The notes beneath the pieces are model-generated. The model saw only the letters and a list, made by a program, of their open reading frames with translations. It did not search any database and had not been told where the DNA came from. Shown here in pieces: positions 7,512 to 15,372 of a DNA stretch of 15,372 nt (positions within the stretch are counted from its first letter, which is position 1; every line of letters begins with the position of its first letter). This DNA comes from Candidatus Hydrogenedentota bacterium (GTDB lineage Bacteria > Hydrogenedentota > Hydrogenedentia > Hydrogenedentales > GCA-2746185): the NCBI GenBank assembly GCA_046583315.1, contig JAYGCN010000163.1, forward strand, positions 1 to 15,372, read 5' to 3'. The position numbers were made by a program, and so were the translations under genes.

Positions 7512-7733
7512 TCCAATGTTCTCCATAATTCAGTGTTTATAGACGACCAATTTATTCGATTACGAATGCCAGCAACAACGTTGCCAGACAGACGTTGAAA
7601 GTGAAACCCGCGTCAGAGAGAAAAGTCCCCTAATTCGAGCATCAAATGTGCACGGATTATACCGAATTCCCCTCCTTATTTACTAGTTCGATCCGATACG
7701 AGATCTATACATATCGTAGTTTTTGCGAAGTAC

Positions 7734-10016
7734 TCAGAACATCTCCATCTGCTTGCCTGTCAGTTTTTCAAAAGAATCCCCAAAACATCCCAGTAATCCA
7801 TCAACCGCCGGTGCCAATTGCCGATCGAGGTAGTGATCGTAGTCCAGGGCTGAGGTCCATTTCTCGATAGGTTCCGGGCCGTTCAAGGTGATGACATATT
7901 CGACCCAGCGACGCGGGCGATCCAATTTCTTGGCGGCTTGTGCATGAGGTGGCACGTTCTTCGTATACTCCTCGATTTTCTGGCGCAGCCGTTTTCGATA
8001 GACAAGCTCATCATCGAACTCCCCGCTTCGAGTGCCATCCGCGATCGACTTCACGTACTCCACATAGGGTTCCCCCAGAAACACACGCCGAAACACTTCG
8101 CGTTGAAAACGACGGGCCAGGGGCGTCCAATCCGTGCGCACCGATTCCAGCCCTTTGAACTGCACCTCCAGCTCTTCTCCATGTCGAATCAAGCCAGCGT
8201 ATCGCTTCTTGCTTCCCTTCTGCGTACCGCGAATTGTCGGCATGAAAAACTTTTCGTAATGGGTCTCAAATTCAATTTCCAGATGGGACTCAAGATCCAA
8301 TTCCCGTTCGAGCGTTTCGGTCCACCATTGATTTAACCCTTCAGCCAAATCCGAACCAATTTTCTGAGAATCGCTGGCCGGCTCATCCCCAATCAACACG
8401 AACACCGAATCGGTATCGCCGTAAATCACCTCGTACCCCTGTTCTTCGATAAAGTCGCGCGTGCGCGTGATCAGATCGTGGCCTCGTTTCGTGATGGACG
8501 TTGCCAGCTTCGGATCATAAAAGCGACACCCGGTCGATCCCAACACACCATAAAACGAGTTCATGATAATTTTGATCGCCTGCGACAAGGGAGCATTCTT
8601 TTCCCTCTTCGCAGCATCGCGTGCCGCCCAAAGAGACTCAATCAACCCGGGTAGTATCGAAGTTTCGCGGGAAAAGGTCGCCCCCAGATAGCCTGCAACT
8701 TGCTCCCCCTCGTTTATCGCCAGCCCAAGCGGGTCGATGTAAAAGGTCCGGATAATACTCGGATACAGACTCTTGAAATCCAGCACCAGTACGTTCTGAT
8801 AAAGACCCGGCTTCGAATCCATCACGTAGCCGCCCGGACTCATGACCGCGTCCGTGATCGCTCCGGTATCCGGCCCTACAAACCCTTCGCGGTGCAAGCG
8901 CGGCAGATACTGAAAATCGAATGACGCGACCGAACCACCCTGCCGATCCAGTGCAAGACCCGTTAACTGCGATCGCGCTATCGCAAAATTCAGGAGGTCA
9001 GCGTTCTTGAAAATTTCGCTTACAAGACGACAATCTTCCAGGTTATATTTCGCCAAGGCCTGAGGGTCCTCCCGATACATACGATTGATTTCCTCAACAC
9101 GATCATCCGGTGTTTGAATCAGTTTCCCGACTCCCAACATCTCGCGCGCGACATACTCCAGCGAAAACGACTCGAAATTCCAAAGTCCCAGCCGCATCAG
9201 CTGTATGCCGTCCAGAATCACCCGCCCCTGCAGCCGCGCGATGTGCGATTGACGACGGGTCATCGGCAACATCACGTCACATTTCGATTTTCCGCGACCC
9301 AGCGTAAAGGAAACATTCAACTCCTTCGCGCGGCGCACAAGAAAGGCCAAATCGAAGGCGACCACGTTCCAACCAATCAATACGTCCGGGTCATACTCCG
9401 CCATCCATGCAAGAAAATGCCGATACAGAATCGCTTCATCGTGACAAAATTCAATGCCCTCATCGTCCTTCTGATCGCCCACCATGAATATCCTGGTTTT
9501 GTCGACCGTATGCACCCCTATCGAATAGAGTCGCCCATCGAGACCCTCGGTTTCGATATCGATAGAAGCCACACGCAGATCGGGCACGACACTACTCGGC
9601 GTCAAATGTGGCGAAACGAATTCACGATACCCCTCGCAAGACCGCGATTCGCCTTCAACGCGAACCGACCCGAACACGAATCGTTCCATGAGATAGCGAT
9701 CTTCTGCTTTTACATCAGACTCAAACGTCGCGATTCCCCGCCCCTTCAGTTGAGACGCGTAGTCCCGCAATGTACGGTGTGAACGGAAATAGAGTGCATC
9801 GACAAGCTCACCGGACAAGGTCTTTAGTGGCCGATTCACCCGGCGAAACGAAGCGTCCGGCAACGTCGTGTCCTGCGCCACAAAAAATACCGATTCCTGA
9901 CCCGGCACCAACACCCGAATCGGACCATCCTCACTGCGCACCCAATACTCGAAGGTCAACCCGCCACGCTCTTCAAACCAACGTCGCGAAAGAATGAGTC
10001 CTTCGGCCGAGTCCAT
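7734..10016 (-). CDS. polB: DNA polymerase II (family B)
   Basis: Exonuclease motifs DIETE, GWNVVAFD and YNLED. Polymerase motifs DFKSLYPSII, KIIMNSFYG, YGDTDS and KKRYAG. Pol II-style PGGYVMDS and a clamp-binding-like QMEMF C-terminus. Confidence 0.96.
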   Translation of the reverse strand: MDSAEGLILSRRWFEERGGLTFEYWVRSEDGPIRVLVPGQESVFFVAQDTTLPDASFRRVNRPLKTLSGELVDALYFRSHRTLRDYASQLKGRGIATFESDVKAEDRYLMERFVFGSVRVEGESRSCEGYREFVSPHLTPSSVVPDLRVASIDIETEGLDGRLYSIGVHTVDKTRIFMVGDQKDDEGIEFCHDEAILYRHFLAWMAEYDPDVLIGWNVVAFDLAFLVRRAKELNVSFTLGRGKSKCDVMLPMTRRQSHIARLQGRVILDGIQLMRLGLWNFESFSLEYVAREMLGVGKLIQTPDDRVEEINRMYREDPQALAKYNLEDCRLVSEIFKNADLLNFAIARSQLTGLALDRQGGSVASFDFQYLPRLHREGFVGPDTGAITDAVMSPGGYVMDSKPGLYQNVLVLDFKSLYPSIIRTFYIDPLGLAINEGEQVAGYLGATFSRETSILPGLIESLWAARDAAKREKNAPLSQAIKIIMNSFYGVLGSTGCRFYDPKLATSITKRGHDLITRTRDFIEEQGYEVIYGDTDSVFVLIGDEPASDSQKIGSDLAEGLNQWWTETLERELDLESHLEIEFETHYEKFFMPTIRGTQKGSKKRYAGLIRHGEELEVQFKGLESVRTDWTPLARRFQREVFRRVFLGEPYVEYVKSIADGTRSGEFDDELVYRKRLRQKIEEYTKNVPPHAQAAKKLDRPRRWVEYVITLNGPEPIEKWTSALDYDHYLDRQLAPAVDGLLGCFGDSFEKLTGKQMEMF

Positions 10017-10025
10017 CAGCCGCGA

Positions 10026-12311
10026 CTAACGAGCCAGCTTCATGCGCTCTAGCGAAGGCAGCATTCCGTTGGCCTGCTCCACGATAGAAGTGAAACGCAT
10101 GATCGCGAATGCCGTTTCCTCAATCTGCTCCTGCGCCTCCTCGTATTTTCGCTCTTCGATGCCTTCGCGTATGCCCGGCAAGGTTTTCACTCCGTATCCC
10201 GTGTAATACCCCGGCGCATAAATCTGATGACGGAACCAGGGACGACGTGGCAGACCATCCGGATTTAGAAAGGCGCGCTCACTTTGAAAAAGAAGCTGAT
10301 TGAGCCCCGCTCGAGAACGTTTGCTCAAACTCGTCTTCCCAGCATCCAAATCCGACCTCAGTCGCTCGTATGTTTCCGCCGCCTTGTTCAATTGGTCCCG
10401 GGCAGTCAGCAACAGGGCGAAATTGAAATGCGGAACCGATTCACGATTGTCTGGCACTTCGAAAGTCTTTGTCGGGTCAGCCGCGCGATCAAAATGTCCC
10501 TCGTCGATCAACGAATTGAAGGCGTCCACCTCCTCGCGCTGGGTATCCGCAAGTTTGACCACCTCGTCCACGTAGCCGCTGATGGTCTTGGCCACGGATG
10601 AAAAAGACACTGGAAGCAACGTCGCATCGGCAAGACGTAGCGTGAGACGTCCACATACATCGGCCAAGGCCACTCCGTATTCAAACTTGGGGTCCTTGAA
10701 ACGTGAGTAGTGATCGAAGGTATCGAAGCTGGTGTGATACTCCCCGGCACTGCCCTCCCCGCCAAAACCCACATTAAACGAAGCGATGCCCATGTGCTGA
10801 ATAAACGCGGAATAGTCCGACCCCGAACCGAGCGCGCCCATAGGGAGCAATCCACTCTTCTTCGCCTTCTCCTTATCTTTTTCAGTGCCATTGACCAGCA
10901 CGTATGAATTGCGACGCGCTGCCACACTCACGTCGGTCTGAGGATCGTTGACGGCATCCGCCACCGAAGCCGCCATCGGTTCATAGGCGTGACTGCCTGA
11001 AATACGCAGGAATCCGCGCGAATTCCCATCAGTATTGATATAGGCCACCGCCTTGCCGTGTAATTCTCCCCGATGATCTTCCACCCATTCAGTTGAACCC
11101 AGTAATCCCGGCTCCTCACCGTCCCAAGCACAGAATACGATAGTCCGTTTCGGGCGCCAGCCGTTCTTGGCCAATTCACCCATCACCCGAGCCTGTTCCA
11201 TGAGCGCAACCAGGCCGCTGATGGGGTCAGACGCGCCTATTACCCAAGCATCATGGTGATTGCCCCGAATGACCAACTCGTCAGGATAGTCGCTGCCCGT
11301 CATTTTGGCAATTACATTATGCGCAGGCACGTTGTCCCACTTGAATTTCGCCTCCAGCGTCACTTCCGCCTCACCGGTTCCGCCCATGCGATAGGTTATC
11401 GGCAAGGCCCCGCGCCAATGTTTTGGAGCCACCGGTCCTTCAAGCGCCTCTAGAAAGTGTTTGGCGTCACCCGACGATATCGGAAGCACAGGAATCGGTA
11501 CCAAGGTCTCCGCATCCTCCATGCTGATACGTTCTGCATCCTTGGTGGAGCCATAGTACGGCGTCAGCGGGTCACCGGGACGACGCGGCAGATCATATAT
11601 AGACCCACGTTGCACCGCGGAATCATGTTTGTACTTGCCCTTGGGATAGGCCTCACCCGGCCCATAGCCGTCATCCTGCGGCTCGTTATAGATGATGCAG
11701 CCGATCGCACCCTTCTCAGCAGCCAACTTGGGTTTGATTCCGCGCCAGGATCCACCGTATTGAGCGATGACGATCTTCCCAGCGACATCGATTCCGCGAC
11801 GCTCAAGCTCTTCATAATCCTTGGGCAGGCCTTCATGTACATACACGAGGTCGCCGGTCACCTTGCCGTCCGCCGAATACGCGTTAAATGGCGGCAAACC
11901 CTCCTCGCGAATCGCCTTTCCGACCTCACTTTCATCATGAACTTCCTCGCTAAGAGAAGCCGAATAACGAATAGGTTTGTTCAGCGTCAATGATCGCGTC
12001 ACCGGTGTTGGAAACAATACATAGTAGGTTTCAATCGCTGTTTCATAACCCCAAGAACGAAACTGTTCCGCGAGAAACAGTGCATTTTCCTCCGTTTTGG
12101 CTGCGCCGAGGTGATGCGGACGCGTGGTCATCTGCTGCATCCACTCTCGAAGGTTGTCCGCGTTCAGTTTTGAAGAATACTCCTCCTCAAGTTGGCTGTG
12201 AGACTCCGATCCCGCGCCTTTCACGTCCAATTCATAGTCCTCGGCCCAGGCATTCGTCGCTCCCCACGCCACACTCAATCCAAGAATCACCGCTCCAAAT
12301 CGCTTCACCAT
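10026..12311 (-). CDS. M28 metallopeptidase, glutamate carboxypeptidase II-like (PA and transferrin-receptor-like dimerisation domains), secreted
   Basis: Zn/catalytic motifs GNHHDAW, GASDPISG, WDGEE, YINTD and YHT. PA region AYSADG...VQRGS. C-terminal RHQIYAPG...LPGI. Signal peptide ending AWA-E. AGGAG lies before ATG 12311 / GTG 12308. Confidence 0.93.
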   Translation of the reverse strand: MVKRFGAVILGLSVAWGATNAWAEDYELDVKGAGSESHSQLEEEYSSKLNADNLREWMQQMTTRPHHLGAAKTEENALFLAEQFRSWGYETAIETYYVLFPTPVTRSLTLNKPIRYSASLSEEVHDESEVGKAIREEGLPPFNAYSADGKVTGDLVYVHEGLPKDYEELERRGIDVAGKIVIAQYGGSWRGIKPKLAAEKGAIGCIIYNEPQDDGYGPGEAYPKGKYKHDSAVQRGSIYDLPRRPGDPLTPYYGSTKDAERISMEDAETLVPIPVLPISSGDAKHFLEALEGPVAPKHWRGALPITYRMGGTGEAEVTLEAKFKWDNVPAHNVIAKMTGSDYPDELVIRGNHHDAWVIGASDPISGLVALMEQARVMGELAKNGWRPKRTIVFCAWDGEEPGLLGSTEWVEDHRGELHGKAVAYINTDGNSRGFLRISGSHAYEPMAASVADAVNDPQTDVSVAARRNSYVLVNGTEKDKEKAKKSGLLPMGALGSGSDYSAFIQHMGIASFNVGFGGEGSAGEYHTSFDTFDHYSRFKDPKFEYGVALADVCGRLTLRLADATLLPVSFSSVAKTISGYVDEVVKLADTQREEVDAFNSLIDEGHFDRAADPTKTFEVPDNRESVPHFNFALLLTARDQLNKAAETYERLRSDLDAGKTSLSKRSRAGLNQLLFQSERAFLNPDGLPRRPWFRHQIYAPGYYTGYGVKTLPGIREGIEERKYEEAQEQIEETAFAIMRFTSIVEQANGMLPSLERMKLAR

Positions 12312-12343
12312 TCCATCTCCTGACAATTTAACTGTTTCAACAA

Positions 12344-13660
12344 TTATTGGCCCTTCGGGTCACCTAAAGTTCCCAAAGAGCTGATTTTCGGTGTTACACC
12401 CGCCCCATCGTCCACAATCGCCTGCGTCGCGAAAATACCCAAGTGAGAGCGCGTCTTCAGCTGCGTGTAGGGCCGAATCTGGATCATCGAAATCCCAATC
12501 ATATCCTCCACCGGATCAATGAAGAAATACGTGTTGTAGGCGCCCCCCCAACCAAAACTCCCAAGCGAAAGATGCTCATAGGCGTGCCCGGGATCGCTCA
12601 AGATCCGGAAACCGAGTCCAAATTGGTACCCATCGCCCATCAACCAGCCCGCGTGATCTCCCACATGGTTGCTGATCATCAAGTCAATCGTGCGCCGACT
12701 CAACAGACGAGTCCCGTTGAACTCCCCCCCATTGAGCAGCATCTGACAGAATTTCCAATAATCCGATGCCGTTGACGCCAGTCCACCCGCACCGGAAAAA
12801 TATTCATGCGGCTCCACGTACTCCGCCGCCCGCGTCAAGGCAATCGTTCCGTCGTCCGTAGGATTATACAGCGCCGTCTGGCGACTCACCTTCTCCTCAG
12901 GAATATTAAAATAGGTATCCGTCATGCCCAGCGGCTCGAAAATCCGCACCTTAAAGAATTCATCCAGCGTCATTCCCGAAATTAACTCGACCAGTACGCC
13001 GCAGATACTCGTGGCGCCACCATACTCCCACGCTTCACCCGGATGAAAATTCAGGGGTACACTCCCCTGTCGCCGTATCGCCGCTTCAACGGTTGTGCGC
13101 TCAAAATCCGCGTTCGCCTCACGCAACAGCTCACGCGTCATGCCGCGATACGAATTCGCCAGTCCAGCCGTATGCGTCAACACGTGCCGCACCGTAATCG
13201 CTTTATTCGCGGGCACCAATTTATACGGCGACGCGACGCGCTCATTATCCGGGGCCTTGATCGCCACCATCGGGTTCGCATACTCAGGCAACCAATTCGA
13301 AATCGGATCATCCAGCAAAAACGCGCCCTCTTCGAACAACATCATCAGCGCGACCGAAGTAATCGGCTTCGTCATCGACGCGATTCGGAAGATGGTGTCC
13401 TTGGACATCGGCACATCCTCTTCCTTGTACTGAAATCCGTTCTCCCGGAAATACACGACCTTGCCATGACGCGAAACCAGAGTCACCGATCCGGCGATCT
13501 GTTCGGTCTCAACCAACATATCCAGATTACGGGACATATTCTCCAGTCGATCCGCGGACATGCCCACGGCTTTCGGGCTCGCCGTAGGAACCTCGCCATT
13601 CGCGAATGCATTTGTCGCCCCCACCATAAACACCGCTATCAATATCCAACGCATCATCAT
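12344..13660 (-). CDS. Serine hydrolase of the beta-lactamase class C-like / family VIII esterase type, secreted
   Basis: FRIASMTK (SxxK), LTHTAG, PGEAWEYG, IFEPLGM, GAGGL and FGWGGAY. Start moved to the ATG run at 13660/13657, which follows GGAGG (13670-13666). Signal peptide ending AFA-N. Confidence 0.93.
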   Translation of the reverse strand: MMMRWILIAVFMVGATNAFANGEVPTASPKAVGMSADRLENMSRNLDMLVETEQIAGSVTLVSRHGKVVYFRENGFQYKEEDVPMSKDTIFRIASMTKPITSVALMMLFEEGAFLLDDPISNWLPEYANPMVAIKAPDNERVASPYKLVPANKAITVRHVLTHTAGLANSYRGMTRELLREANADFERTTVEAAIRRQGSVPLNFHPGEAWEYGGATSICGVLVELISGMTLDEFFKVRIFEPLGMTDTYFNIPEEKVSRQTALYNPTDDGTIALTRAAEYVEPHEYFSGAGGLASTASDYWKFCQMLLNGGEFNGTRLLSRRTIDLMISNHVGDHAGWLMGDGYQFGLGFRILSDPGHAYEHLSLGSFGWGGAYNTYFFIDPVEDMIGISMIQIRPYTQLKTRSHLGIFATQAIVDDGAGVTPKISSLGTLGDPKGQ

Positions 13661-13758
13661 CTTATCCTCCTGGATTTGAGCAACCTCAGCATTCCTAACG
13701 CCGAAACGAGACTCCATCATACGATCCCCACCCCCCAAAGTCACCCTCAATCCTCCGC

Positions 13759-13787
13759 TTGCATAGCCACCCGACAGATAGTAGAAT
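13759..13787 (+). promoter_or_regulatory. Possible sigma70-type promoter for the repeat-protein gene
   Basis: TTGCAT (13759-13764), 17-nt spacer, TAGAAT (13782-13787). Confidence 0.55.
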
Positions 13788-13895
13788 CTCAGTGGATTCG
13801 TCGCGGTGCGGGAACAAAACACCCCTATCCGGCGTTATATCAGCCATAATCGGGCACTGCCCACATAATCGAACCATCAAAGGAGAATCGACCCC

Positions 13896-14891
13896 ATGAA
13901 CTCTGACACACTTCGCACCGCACGGCGTATTTTCGCAAGCATTGCACTCGTCGCCTGCCTGCTCATTCCCACCACCCTCTACGCAGAGGGCGATCCGACT
14001 GGAAACTGGAAAATCGAAATCGACATGGCCGGTACCCCCGTCCAGGCCGACCTGATCGTTTCTGCCAATGACGACGGAACCCTGACCGGAAACCTGAAAT
14101 CCGCCATGGGCGATGCCGAACTCTCCGACGTCACCTTTGAAGGCGACACACTCGCATTCACGCAAACCTTCGGCGAAGGCGATGCCGCGCTTACCTTCTC
14201 CTTTGAAGGCACACTCGACGGCGACACCTTCGAAGGCATACTCTCCAGCGACATGGGCGAAATGGCCGTCAAAGGCGCACGCGGCGGAGCGAATAACCCT
14301 ATCGGTGACTGGGACGTCTCCATTGACATGGCCGGCACCCCTGTCGCTGCCAGCCTCAGCGTTTCCGCCAACGACGATGGTACCCTCACCGGCAACCTGA
14401 AATCCGCAATGGGCGACGCCGAACTCTCCAACGTCACCTATGAAGGCGACAAACTCGCATTCACACAAACCTTCGGCGAAGGCGATGCCGCACTCACCTT
14501 CGCATTCGAAGGAACCATTTCCGGCGACACCTTCGAAGGCACACTCAGCAGCGACATGGGTGAAATGGCCGTAACCGGTTCACGCTCCGTCGGCAGCATC
14601 GTCGGCGAATGGACCTTCACCAGCGATTCCCAACTCGGCGTCATCACCATGCCCTTCATCGTCAACGAAGACATGTCCGCCACCTACTCCGAATACGACA
14701 TCGAAGACCTCGTGCAAGACGGCAAAAACATCACCTTCGCCGTAACCGTTTCCGTAGACGGCAACGACCTGCCCCTCACCTTCGAAGGCATCATCTCCAG
14801 TTCCGACTTAATCGAAGGCGCCTACCTCATGGACGGCTCAGAAGTCGCCACCGTAGAAATCGTAAGAGGCGCACCCGAAGCCACCGAATAG
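13896..14891 (+). CDS. Secreted acidic protein with three tandem ~100-aa beta-rich domains, function unknown
   Basis: AAAGGAG SD, signal peptide ending LYA-E, three units starting with GxW, strong third-position C bias and a terminator downstream. Confidence 0.9.
   Translation: MNSDTLRTARRIFASIALVACLLIPTTLYAEGDPTGNWKIEIDMAGTPVQADLIVSANDDGTLTGNLKSAMGDAELSDVTFEGDTLAFTQTFGEGDAALTFSFEGTLDGDTFEGILSSDMGEMAVKGARGGANNPIGDWDVSIDMAGTPVAASLSVSANDDGTLTGNLKSAMGDAELSNVTYEGDKLAFTQTFGEGDAALTFAFEGTISGDTFEGTLSSDMGEMAVTGSRSVGSIVGEWTFTSDSQLGVITMPFIVNEDMSATYSEYDIEDLVQDGKNITFAVTVSVDGNDLPLTFEGIISSSDLIEGAYLMDGSEVATVEIVRGAPEATE
13995..14600 (+). repeat. Intragenic tandem duplication with a 303-nt period
   Basis: Units 13995-14297 and 14298-14600. 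GACATGGCCGG occurs at 14022 and 14325. By-eye alignment gives 79/101 identical residues. Confidence 0.95.
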
Positions 14892-14906
14892 TAAACGAAA
14901 GAACTC

Positions 14907-14957
14907 AAAGCCCGCAGGTTGAACTATCGTTCTAACCTGCGGGCTTTTTCTTTTCTT
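14907..14957 (+). terminator. Intrinsic terminator
   Basis: AAAGCCCGCAGGTT (14907-14920) pairs perfectly with AACCTGCGGGCTTT (14934-14947), with an inner GAAC/GTTC stem and a TTCTTTTCTT tail. Confidence 0.9.
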
Positions 14958-14971
14958 GGAACAACAGCTCC

Positions 14972-15010
14972 CTTCTTTCTTTTCAGGTGAAAAGAAAGAA
15001 GCAAAGAAAA
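14972..15010. repeat. Perfect 14-bp inverted repeat with a CAAAGAAAA tail (REP-like)
   Basis: CTTCTTTCTTTTCA-GG-TGAAAAGAAAGAAG followed by CAAAGAAAA. Confidence 0.7.
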
Positions 15011-15053
15011 GCCGATATTGTATTCTATCAACGTTCATCCGCGGCCAACAAAA

Positions 15054-15183
15054 GCTGTTTTCGGTTTCTTTCCCATTGCCCCATGCTGTTTTCAGTTCCC
15101 TTCCCATAGCCCTAAGCAGTTTTCACTTTCCTAATCAGTGCTCATCTGTGCAATCTGTGGACAAAATAGCAGCTTTCGGTTTC
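15054..15183. repeat. Degenerate 31-bp tandem repeat (~2.5 copies) plus a fourth copy of its 15-bp core
   Basis: Cores at 15054 GCTGTTTTCGGTTTC, 15085 GCTGTTTTCAGTTCC, 15116 GCAGTTTTCACTTTC and 15169 GCAGCTTTCGGTTTC. Units 1 and 2 match at 25/31 positions. Confidence 0.8.
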
Positions 15184-15238
15184 GCCCCCTGTGTTACCCT
15201 ATCCCCAAAATCCACACACAACAAAAGGTTCACACCCC

Positions 15239-15354
15239 ATGGTCAAACCCCTCCTCCACCTCGAAGGCGCAACGACCTCCCTCACCTGCGCCTACCTCAT
15301 CTTTTTCCACCTCGACCAATCCTGGTGGCTACTCCCCTCTTCATCCTCGCCCCC
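15239..15354 (+). CDS. 5' fragment of a DUF4260-like membrane protein, cut off by the contig end
   Basis: MVKPLLHLEGATTSLTCAYLIFFHLDQSWWLLP, then LFILAP in a shifted frame. This resembles the LLxLEG...SWWLF..LFLAPD N-terminus I recall for DUF4260. Confidence 0.65.
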
Positions 15355-15372
15355 AGATCGGAAGAGCACACG
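15355..15372 (+). other. Illumina TruSeq adapter read-through (technical artefact)
   Basis: AGATCGGAAGAGCACACG is an exact 18-nt match to the start of the standard adapter AGATCGGAAGAGCACACGTCT, at the very end of the sequence. Confidence 0.97.

Noticed and set aside
7656..7718. TATAAT (minus, 7661-7656) with a nearby imperfect palindrome (7697-7718) as promoter/operator of the cytochrome gene
   Set aside because: The -10 is perfect but there is no convincing -35 or extended -10, and the palindrome is weak. Not enough to call.
12344..13660. Antibiotic-resistance beta-lactamase
   Set aside because: It has SxxK but lacks the YxN and KTG motifs of AmpC (YGG and WGG instead), as in esterase-type family members.
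13661..13822. 54-aa N-terminal extension of the serine hydrolase
   Set aside because: GGAGG and a clean signal peptide point to ATG 13660/13657, and the extension overlaps the divergent promoter region.
15054..15183. CRISPR mini-array
   Set aside because: Cores are only 15 bp and degenerate, spacers are short and related to each other, and no cas genes are present.

Overview
Bacterial genomic fragment, probably a metagenomic contig, because it ends in an Illumina adapter read-through at 15355-15372. Left part: purC-purF on the minus strand, translationally coupled, with a near-consensus sigma70 promoter and a structured ~160-nt leader. It is followed by a membrane/TPR-like gene, a lone exbD/tolR gene and a response regulator with a degenerate GGDEF domain. 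Right part: minus-strand genes for a secreted serine hydrolase, an M28 carboxypeptidase, DNA polymerase II and a RoxA-like di-heme cytochrome c, then a divergent secreted protein of tandem ~100-aa repeats, a repeat-rich intergenic region and the start of a DUF4260-like membrane gene. The most interesting unannotated signal is an apparently self-contained minus-strand unit of ~240 nt at ~5460-5700. It is bounded by terminators and carries 11 GGA motifs plus a 30-codon ORF with a very strong Shine-Dalgarno (candidate CsrA/Rsm-type sRNA and/or small-protein gene). No rRNA, tRNA, CRISPR array or transposase was seen. All family calls come from motif recognition by eye, not from database searches.
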